A stretch of 64,000 bases of DNA from a virus (lineage: Duplodnaviria > Caudoviricetes), in IMG/VR virus record IMGVR_UViG_3300042260_000337, one strand, 5' to 3'. Positions 28,781 through 35,867 of the stretch are shown here, piece after piece. Each line of letters begins with the position of its first letter. Within the stretch, counting starts at the first letter, position 1. The notes beneath the pieces are model-generated. The model had not been told where the DNA came from and did no database searches. It saw only the letters and a list, made by a program, of their open reading frames with translations. The translations under genes were made by a program, and so were the position numbers.

Positions 28781-28889
28781 AGTTTATCCTTTCTGATTGA
28801 GTAGGTTACTGACGATCTAAATGGGTATTGGCGTTAGCCGCAGGGTTTCAGGTTCCTACTCGCTACTACAAACCCTTTTTCGCTTTATT

Positions 28890-28966
28890 TGGTGGCCCTA
28901 GTGGGACTCGAACCCACGACCAATAGTTTTAGGGACTGCCGCTCTAACCAACTGAGCTACAGGGCC
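28890..28966 (-). tRNA. amber-suppressor tRNA (anticodon CUA)
   Basis: GGCCCUG/UAGGGCC acceptor, GCUC/GAGC D stem, GUGGG-UUCGAGU-CCCAC T arm, A73-CCA; anticodon loop CCCUAAA (atypical C33, one C-A mismatch in the stem). Confidence 0.8.
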
Positions 28967-28974
28967 AATATGAA

Positions 28975-29240
28975 TGAGTGTTTACCCTATCGTTGCTCGG
29001 TATTCATTATGGTAAGTAATGAAATCCCAAGCTATTGTCGGAAGCGTTTGACCTCCACGGTTCATTTGGATACCACCTCGCATTACTTCGCGGTGTTACT
29101 GCCACACTCAGAGGATACATTGATTTCAAGTCCTATACGACCACAATAGAGGCTCTTGCGAGTAGTCTACCGTCTAACCATATAGTGTTCTGCGCGTCTT
29201 TCCAATCCAACCAAGATAAACCCCGTTGGCGGTAGGAACT
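28975..29240 (-). ncRNA. unassigned ~260-nt structured RNA candidate
   Basis: no credible ORF; CUC-GCAA-GAG tetraloop, long-range CUAUUGU/ACAAUAG stem, GC-richer than its surroundings. Confidence 0.5.
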
Positions 29241-29274
29241 CAATGTATCGTCAAAATGTGATTTCATTTTGTCA

Positions 29275-30119
29275 AGGCTGAGATTATACCTTGAGGTGAG
29301 TGCCTTCGGTCATTACCCAATCCCTTGCGAGGATGGTTCTACCTTTATCCACAAGAGTCGTTTCCGATCATCTTGTATCACTCAATGCGGCCTTTGTTAG
29401 AGAGTGGCATTTCTCTCGTCGCATACTGCTATTCATCCTTCCATCTTCCGCCAGCCTTGCGGGCTGTTCAAGGTCGCTAAACCCTTACGTCTTCTGTCCG
29501 AATAATCACGTCCACCTTGCGAGTTTCAGTGAACCATATTCTCTTGCGAGTATGGTATTACGCATCTTTCACAGTATACCGAGGTAGTCTTTCGCTTTTG
29601 TTTCAATAATAGGAGTTGAACCTACAATCGTTCTCTTAGAAGGAGACTGCATTACCATTATGCAATATTGCGAACCTATTTCGATGTGCTACCTCAGTTG
29701 CACCATACCTTGTTAGATACAGTATACAACACACCGACTGTCTTTTGCCTTGCGGGCTACTCAACGTCTTTTCAAGTATCCGGGGCCTAACCCTTCCACT
29801 CTCAAGATGCTACTACGCCTTTCCTTGCAGGGTCAGACAGTGTAGCTACCTGTTAACCTTCAGTATTCGTTAGTTTGGCTGAAAACTGTTCGGACGCCAA
29901 TCCTCTTACCACTCACCGACTGGCTCTGTGGCTATCCTTTCAGACAGTTCTCCTAACTTACTACCTACCGCCTCTCTACAGACGGGACTTGCTTTCGGTT
30001 TAATCCGAGTCAAGTCTGGTTCAGGCTTGTATAGATGGACCATCACTGGCGCAAGTTTATAGGAAACCTTGCTTTGGGCGTATTACTACGCTTACCCTTA
30101 TGGACGCTATACCGCCCAA
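29275..30119 (-). ncRNA. GOLLD-like giant ornate ncRNA (~845 nt)
   Basis: own promoter TTGACT-17-TAGGAT (30127-30155); five or more C-GCAA-G tetraloop hairpins; 3' end ...CUCAAGGUAUAAUCUCAGCCU; sits in a phage tRNA cluster and carries an internal tRNA, as known for GOLLD. Confidence 0.72.
29601..29672 (-). tRNA. tRNA-Arg(UCU)-like domain embedded in the GOLLD-like RNA (probably degenerate)
   Basis: GCAU/AUGC D stem, loop CUUCUAA, GUAGG-UUCAACU-CCUAU T arm; top two acceptor pairs mismatched, no CCA. Confidence 0.6.
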
Positions 30120-30164
30120 TCTCTACATCCTAACTCAATTCCGAAGAAGAGTCAAGGACTTTTT

Positions 30165-30548
30165 TTATTTTTTTGGAACAGGACTGTCAGAAAAGACATC
30201 CGATTTTTCTTTGCTCTTGCCGTTTGTAAGTTTAGTAACTTCAACATTCAATAGCTTTGCAGCCATTGTAATGATTTCCATTTCGGCATCAGTATACGCA
30301 ACAGCTAACATGTTTTCGGCATACGCAGATTCTTGATCAAACTTATGCGGATTAGATTTATCTTTGGATGCAGCAGCCGCAGCAAATGCAACACCCATTC
30401 TATATTGAACATATGGGTCAGTGCTACGGAGTTGCTTGAAGGCAACCATATCAGGTAACGCATCTTTCATTTGGTCAGATACATCCCCTGCTTTGAAGTA
30501 TTCTTTGTTTGCCAAAGATTCAGATATTATGTCACGTATTTTCATCAA
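30165..30548 (-). CDS. late protein with capsid-targeting-like N-terminus
   Basis: MKIRDIISE; GATAAATA at 30570-30577. Confidence 0.7.
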   Translation of the reverse strand: MMKIRDIISESLANKEYFKAGDVSDQMKDALPDMVAFKQLRSTDPYVQYRMGVAFAAAAASKDKSNPHKFDQESAYAENMLAVAYTDAEMEIITMAAKLLNVEVTKLTNGKSKEKSDVFSDSPVPKK

Positions 30549-30828
30549 TCAAGTCTCCGCTGATAATAGTATTTATCATTCAGAGACGACTGTATTGGCT
30601 TTCCAGCTACCTTAGAAGCAAGCCATATTGGACATTGCTTTACATCACAACAGCTTTGAACTGAGAGATTGTGGCAACTAAGACTGGAAACTTGTGGTTG
30701 GCTCTACACGCATCGCCCCGTGCGATTTAACTGACTAGGGTTATTGTCAGGACCGAAATAGGGTGGAAACGTCATTACAAGTAACGCTTCCGTTACTATC
30801 TATTATCATCCCCGATAGTGGGGGTATT

Positions 30829-30904
30829 TGGCTCCCAGTGCAGGGCTCGAACCTGCGACATTCTGATTAACAGTCAGACGCTCTACCAACTGAGCTAACT
30901 GGAA
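30829..30904 (-). tRNA. trnN: tRNA-Asn(GUU)
   Basis: U1-A72, G73, loop CUGUUAA, CCA. Confidence 0.93.
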
Positions 30905-31013
30905 ACATAGTTTTTGGCTCTATCCCAACGCAGGAGGACGATTTAACTGCTATATGCCGTAGCAGGACCGAGATTCTTGCGTCTTACGTATTTATCATAC
31001 TGCGCTAGTATTT

Positions 31014-31090
31014 TGGTAGGGGATGAGGGACTTGAACCCCCAACCGACCCGTTATGAGCGGGCAACTCTGACCAATTGAGCTAATCCCCC
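31014..31090 (-). tRNA. tRNA with CAU anticodon (Ile2/lysidine type more likely than Met)
   Basis: cloverleaf, CCCG-CUCAUAA-CGGG anticodon arm, CCA. Confidence 0.88.
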
Positions 31091-31252
31091 ATATCTGTTT
31101 TCAGCTACACACAACACTTTCCAACCCGTAAAGGCTAGTGTGCCAAGTGTGTATGTGAAAACAGATTTTGTGCAATCAGGTCTTACAGGTTTATCACCCC
31201 GCCTGATCTTGTTTTCAAGCCATCATCGCTTTCGCTAGGCCAGCATCGTAAA

Positions 31253-31279
31253 TTTTCAAAGAGCGTGGAACACCGTTCC
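31253..31279 (-). promoter_or_regulatory. rrn-type antitermination leader: boxB-like hairpin plus boxA
   Basis: GGAAC-GGU-GUUCC hairpin followed by GCUCUUUGAAAA (boxA consensus). Confidence 0.6.
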
Positions 31280-31291
31280 GATTACTTGTTT

Positions 31292-31530
31292 CTTATATCA
31301 CGTTCGTTTTTCGTTGTCAAGAACTCTTTTCAACTTTTTTCGTCCGCGTTTCAGTTCCGAGCATCGTTCCTTTGTGTCCCGCTCTATGTTCTTAACTTAG
31401 CAAACTTTGTTTTCTTTGTCAAGAACTTTTTTTCTTTTTTTTCACGGCTGCTTCTGGTTACTAGCCTTAGCCCTTCCGCGATATTCTTAACTTACCAAAC
31501 TCTGTTTGATTCGTCAAGAACTTTTTTCAG
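31292..31530 (-). promoter_or_regulatory. three tandem strong sigma70 promoters with A-tract UP elements driving the tRNA island
   Basis: TTGACG-17-TAAGTT (31489-31517), TTGACA-17-TAAGTT (31394-31422), TTGACA-17-TATAAG (31292-31320), each with an upstream A tract. Confidence 0.8.
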
Positions 31531-31643
31531 GTATCTGGTTCGGCCACCAGCGGGAGAGATTTTTCCCAAAATGTCAGCATACCAGTATCACAAAGAGTAA
31601 CCAGATGCCGCCCGATCTTTATTGCCTTATCGGACTTCCTGAA

Positions 31644-31779
31644 TGTGACTATCGGAATCGAACCGAATACTAGCGTATAAAGTATGAAACAGGGACTCCA
31701 CAGAGGCTAACTATTTGCCAAATAACTTTCATCACAGAGAAGCTAACCATGGCCTCTCACGAGTTTATTACGTAACCAC
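31644..31779 (-). ncRNA. tRNA-like RNA with ~60-nt insertion
   Basis: GUGGUUA/UAGUCAC-A acceptor-like stem, CGG-UUCGAUU-CCG T loop; promoter TTGACA-17-TATATT at 31800-31828. Confidence 0.4.
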
Positions 31780-31840
31780 CCGATGTTTCCATATATAGTA
31801 ATATAGTTCATTACGTATATATTGTCAACATATAAAAACC

Positions 31841-31870
31841 AAAAACCCCCAACTTTTTCAGTTGAGGGTT
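31841..31870 (-). terminator. Rho-independent terminator
   Basis: AACCCUCAAC-UGAAAAA-GUUGGGGGUU followed by U tract. Confidence 0.75.
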
Positions 31871-31904
31871 CTTGAAACTTCGGTCTTCCAGCCTACTTTA
31901 CGTC

Positions 31905-31985
31905 TCACATCCCCCCAAGGCACACGTTATCCTCTGGATTATTACCCAGTCCTTGTGCCTGTATTGATGTCGCGACGAAAGTCAT
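31905..31985 (-). CDS. 26-aa leader-like peptide MTFVATSIQAQGLGNNPEDNVCLGGM
   Basis: AAGGA SD, GATAAATA at 32014-32021, terminator immediately downstream. Confidence 0.45.
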   Translation of the reverse strand: MTFVATSIQAQGLGNNPEDNVCLGGM

Positions 31986-32029
31986 TTTTTTATTCCTTAT
32001 TATCCTATAAAGTTATTTATCTTTTTTCT

Positions 32030-33112
32030 TCATTTTAGTGATTTTATGGCGTTTATGAACAGTTTTTTGTCAAAACCCTGTAAATCGGTATCTTTTAGTA
32101 GGTCAATCAGTTCATCTAACGATACGTTCATATTATTTATCAATGGTTGAACTGGTATGGAAGGGTTTATCTTTTTCATGAAACCAAGAAACCCAATCCC
32201 AAGTGCCACGTTTAGCTTGTTGGAGACTTCATTGCGAATCGCACCAAGCAGAACACTTCTGAACTGGTTTGGATTTATTTGGAATCGCCCACTGTTGCTA
32301 CTACCGACATTACGAAGGTCACCGAGTGGTTCGATGTCTGTATCAAGTAATGTCTGTATAGCATTGTCAAGACGTGCTTTCTTCTTTGCAGCTAATCTAT
32401 CTTTTGGAGTAGAACTTTTTGTATCAGGAGATTGCTTGGCATAGAAATATGCCGCCGCTTTTTTCTTGTAATGTTCATATTGACGTGGGGTCAGTTTTTT
32501 GTAGTTAGAGAAACGACTCATCACGCCATCAACAAAGTCTTTTACGTTTGTAGCTTCTTCATCATGAAGGTGATGAAGAAACGCCGCATCTATTTCAATG
32601 GGGTCAGTATGATAGTTGTAGTCATCGGTCTGTTGTTTTCCTACCATCTTATGATAGAATGAACCAAACTGTCTACGTTGCATCACATGGCGAAGTTCAT
32701 GAACCAGCGTAGTTTCCACTGGTTTTGATTTCACTTCTGATGTAGACAAGCTACGAGGTTCAGTTTTGAGTATAGCAGGAAGATAAAGAACAATGTCATC
32801 CAACTGCGAAGCCTCTTGCGATACAGAATGAGAATACGCACCCTTCAACGTTGCCGATGCTCTATTAGCGAATATCAACGGAACATATTGATGTAGATAA
32901 TCACACAGCATATCAAATATGTCGCCATATTCTTTTAGCTGTTCTCTTACTGAATCTGAAATGTCTATTTTCATCCTTGTAACTTCATTTGCATCAATAC
33001 GATACTGAACGTTGCCAAGGATGTCTTTTGCCATCATAGTAAGTGGCGTAAGTATTTTGTAATTTGATTCAATGACCAGCATTGGATCAGATTTGAACTC
33101 ATTAAGTTTCAC
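32030..33112 (-). CDS. zincin-like (HExxH) metallopeptidase-domain protein, probable internal head protein
   Basis: LVHELRHVMQ plus downstream PIEIDA; N-terminus MKLNEF...VIE. Confidence 0.6.
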   Translation of the reverse strand: MKLNEFKSDPMLVIESNYKILTPLTMMAKDILGNVQYRIDANEVTRMKIDISDSVREQLKEYGDIFDMLCDYLHQYVPLIFANRASATLKGAYSHSVSQEASQLDDIVLYLPAILKTEPRSLSTSEVKSKPVETTLVHELRHVMQRRQFGSFYHKMVGKQQTDDYNYHTDPIEIDAAFLHHLHDEEATNVKDFVDGVMSRFSNYKKLTPRQYEHYKKKAAAYFYAKQSPDTKSSTPKDRLAAKKKARLDNAIQTLLDTDIEPLGDLRNVGSSNSGRFQINPNQFRSVLLGAIRNEVSNKLNVALGIGFLGFMKKINPSIPVQPLINNMNVSLDELIDLLKDTDLQGFDKKLFINAIKSLK

Positions 33113-33133
33113 ATCTTTTCTCCAATGCTGGTA

Positions 33134-34231
33134 TTATTTGTGCTTCATCCCTGCGAGGCGTTGTAGCCATCCCAAGTCGTCGCGTTCAGACTCGAAAACG
33201 AATGTATTCGCTTTCTTGTTGTTGCGTAGGCGGGTGTAGATTTCACCTACCTTTCCTGGTTTCAAAGTGCCTACGTCAAACATTACGCCGCCGTTTGTAT
33301 CATAAACTTTGGCTCCGTCAGTTGTCTTTATCAAGACACCTTCCTGATTGTATTTAGCACCCAGTTGAAGCATTTTTTGTTTGAAATCTTCATCACTGCC
33401 TTTTGGTGCTATAACAAAAATCGAATCTTCTGCTACATGAACTTCCTGTGGTGTTCCAGCATTTTCAATCCAGTATCCATCCACAAAGAAGAACCCATAA
33501 CCAAGTTTTCTTATGGTTGCAGCAAGTTCTTTGTTACGGCGCACATTTTCTTCTCTGTCATATTCACCACGAAATGCAGTCAATAGTGAAATAGGACGGT
33601 CGGATTCTGCATGTTGCCATACACGACTCAAACTTGCTTCATTTAGTTGCTTGTTACTTTCATCAATCTTGGAGACTACCATTTTGACGAAACGCTTACC
33701 ATTCACATTTTTTGGTGGTTCTACTTCCTCAAACGCAAATGCTCGTCCCTTGATGCGACTTAGAAACTCACCAGCGGCACGTCCAAAACGTGCATTACCA
33801 GTAACTATTTTTTCTCCGCGACCAGGAAAATCCGAGTTATTTGTGCCATATAAAAATGCACCTTCTCCACCCTGTGGAATAATCAGAACCGAATCTTGGT
33901 CATAACGTTGACCCAACATAATAATGTCGTTTACGAACTGTTTTGCGTCTTTGCCATTTGGTGCAACGAAAAACGATTCTTCGCCAACTTCTTTTGCGTT
34001 GTCTGTTCCGAAATCTTCAATGTAGTTTCCTTGGATTTTGGTAACACTATACCCTTTTCCAATCATGTATTGCATCAACTCTTTGTTGCGTTCACGGTTT
34101 CGAGCACGAGTATTTCCACCGCGAAATGCAGTGATTGCCGCAGTGGTTTCCTCTTGTGTTTTATCCCATAGCCGAGACAGGCCACTTTCATTCATATTAT
34201 TGTCCATGAGTGTTTTCCTTATTGACGCCAT
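33134..34231 (-). CDS. tandem two-domain SAM lyase-like protein (T3 SAMase/DUF3293-like)
   Basis: two repeats each with TAFR, N..RN.EL, G.(Y/W)IE, (E/A)E(E/D)S.FV and Y.Q(D/E).VL, in the same order as T3 SAMase SAFR, GCYRE, EEKTVRV, EQDCVL; GATAAATA at 34245-34252. Confidence 0.6.
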   Translation of the reverse strand: MASIRKTLMDNNMNESGLSRLWDKTQEETTAAITAFRGGNTRARNRERNKELMQYMIGKGYSVTKIQGNYIEDFGTDNAKEVGEESFFVAPNGKDAKQFVNDIIMLGQRYDQDSVLIIPQGGEGAFLYGTNNSDFPGRGEKIVTGNARFGRAAGEFLSRIKGRAFAFEEVEPPKNVNGKRFVKMVVSKIDESNKQLNEASLSRVWQHAESDRPISLLTAFRGEYDREENVRRNKELAATIRKLGYGFFFVDGYWIENAGTPQEVHVAEDSIFVIAPKGSDEDFKQKMLQLGAKYNQEGVLIKTTDGAKVYDTNGGVMFDVGTLKPGKVGEIYTRLRNNKKANTFVFESERDDLGWLQRLAGMKHK

Positions 34232-34266
34232 TTTATTTCATAAGTATTTATCACATAAATAATTCT

Positions 34267-34551
34267 ATGTTTATATATATCATTGGATCATCTGACAAGC
34301 AAAAAATCGGCATAAGTGCAGACGTATCACAACGTCTCAAGTCATTACAAACTGGAAACCCAGAACCACTTATCATTCATCACACTGTGGAAGTCCCCGA
34401 CGATAGGGCATACATTTTAGAGCAGAAGATACACAAAGAACTTTCTTATTTGCGTATGAAAGGTGAATGGTTTCGTATGTCTCCAACTATGGCTAAATCA
34501 CAACTTGATTACGCAATCATTCGTTGGCTTGACGATCCACTTTTAGATTAG
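34267..34551 (+). CDS. GIY-YIG-like T5orf172/MUG113-domain protein
   Basis: IYIIG...KIGIS...RLKSLQTGNP...LEQKIH...GEWF; divergent CATAAATA at 34254-34261. Confidence 0.8.
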   Translation: MFIYIIGSSDKQKIGISADVSQRLKSLQTGNPEPLIIHHTVEVPDDRAYILEQKIHKELSYLRMKGEWFRMSPTMAKSQLDYAIIRWLDDPLLD

Positions 34552-34802
34552 CCGAAATAGAATAGTTCAACCTTAGTTTCCACACGCTGTTGATAAACTT
34601 CAACAGGCGCACGGTCCACTACAATCAAACTTTTATCTTCTAGGTCTTTGAGATATAGTTCAATATAGTCTTTCCCGTCTTCATTTACAATGAGTAGGAA
34701 TGAAGAATATCTATCTTTATGTGATTCTGTGAGTTTGTCAAGTCTGTCAAGCAACATTTTACCAAGAAAATCTGCACGGGCATCAATAACGTTGGATTTC
34801 AT
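34548..34802 (-). CDS. hypothetical protein
   Basis: 84-aa ORF. Confidence 0.6.
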   Translation of the reverse strand: MKSNVIDARADFLGKMLLDRLDKLTESHKDRYSSFLLIVNEDGKDYIELYLKDLEDKSLIVVDRAPVEVYQQRVETKVELFYFG

Positions 34803-34811
34803 TTTTTCACT

Positions 34812-35348
34812 TTATTGGAAGTTGACGAATACAATGCCGTCTTTGATTTGACGTTTTTTGTCTTTGCTTTCTTGGTAGATTTCTTGTAGTTCATAGAATC
34901 TGCATATCAATCCACTCGCTATTTCATAGTCTTTGTTTACGTCAATACTGACCTGAATGCTGTCAACGATAAAGTCAGATTGTTCTTTCAGAGTGTGTTG
35001 AAATATATCAACTTCTTCTTCGGTTGTCAACTCAGAAAGTTCATTTCTAAACTCATGCGCAACTTGCATATCTTGTGGTAGAATACTATCGTGGAAATCT
35101 GCATCAACTCCATGCATCTGAACGAGGTATCTTGCACGTTCAATAGGATTGAGCAATGTATGATACGCTCTGCCAGCAAACGAAAGCCGTTCTCTTGCAA
35201 CAAATGATGTGTCATTAGACAACAATGCAACTACCTTTTTGTAGTGTGCAGTTAGGCTTCTCACGCTAATCGCAAACTTTTCTTCTATGTTGAAGAACTC
35301 AAAGTAGTTTTTTGAGTCGAAGTTGTATGTTTTTTTAGTCCCTGACAT
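34812..35348 (-). CDS. HscB/Hsc20-like co-chaperone lacking the HPD motif
   Basis: NYFEFF...L...Y...AYHTLLNPIERARYLV matches the HscB J-domain pattern; HPD position reads LSND. Confidence 0.65.
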   Translation of the reverse strand: MSGTKKTYNFDSKNYFEFFNIEEKFAISVRSLTAHYKKVVALLSNDTSFVARERLSFAGRAYHTLLNPIERARYLVQMHGVDADFHDSILPQDMQVAHEFRNELSELTTEEEVDIFQHTLKEQSDFIVDSIQVSIDVNKDYEIASGLICRFYELQEIYQESKDKKRQIKDGIVFVNFQ

Positions 35349-35400
35349 TTCTTACCTATAATACGTATTTCATATATAATACTTGATTCTTTTTGCAGAG

Positions 35401-35859
35401 TCAAGAGTTTTTCTGCTTTGGTGTGAGATCGTGATATGGACGAAGTTTCGGGTCAGTCTTTAGATTTTCGTTGAACACCAACCCATACCTCCAACCATCA
35501 TCAACCTGTTTCTGTATCCATCGGTTATGCTTTATCATATCCAAGTCTTGGTCGCCTTCGCAGTCTGGCAAATCAAACCGTTCAGTAGTCGTTACTTCCA
35601 TTTCGTAATCGGCATCGGTCCAGTTATTCAATATATCAAGTATTGCCTCTGCCTCTACCTCATCCACGTTACGAGTAAAGTTGAAGTCATATACATGTTT
35701 TCCTTCGCGAGAACGGTATATAACCGCAGTGCCTTCTTTTGTAGGAGAAAAGATATTTGGCAACGATTGCTTGAATATTCCAATCAACCCTCTGACATCG
35801 TGTTTGTCAAGGGGTTCATCAAGTATAACTCGTAAGTAATGTTTGAATGTCGTCGCCAT
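35401..35859 (-). CDS. protein with C-terminal RyR-repeat-like domain
   Basis: HNRWIQKQVDDGWRYG...KTDPKLRPYHDL. Confidence 0.6.
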   Translation of the reverse strand: MATTFKHYLRVILDEPLDKHDVRGLIGIFKQSLPNIFSPTKEGTAVIYRSREGKHVYDFNFTRNVDEVEAEAILDILNNWTDADYEMEVTTTERFDLPDCEGDQDLDMIKHNRWIQKQVDDGWRYGLVFNENLKTDPKLRPYHDLTPKQKNS

Positions 35860-35867
35860 ATTATTCC

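Noticed and set aside
28795-28880. Canonical HDV-like theta ribozyme after the suppressor tRNA
   Set aside because: Only 6 nt lie between the P2-like and P1-like strands, too short for P3-L3; retained as an unassigned element
26767-29587. Track ORFs overlapping tRNAs and ncRNAs (26767, 26778, 27032, 25257, 28889, 29035, 29300)
   Set aside because: They read through tRNA cloverleaves or structured RNA and have no coding signature
29275-30119. rRNA fragment, RNase P RNA or group I intron
   Set aside because: No rRNA universal motifs, no RNase P GGAAAGUCC core, no group I P7/exon context; a GOLLD-type RNA fits better
31644-31779. tmRNA
   Set aside because: Lacks G3-U70 and the GGGGC 5' end, too short, no tag ORF
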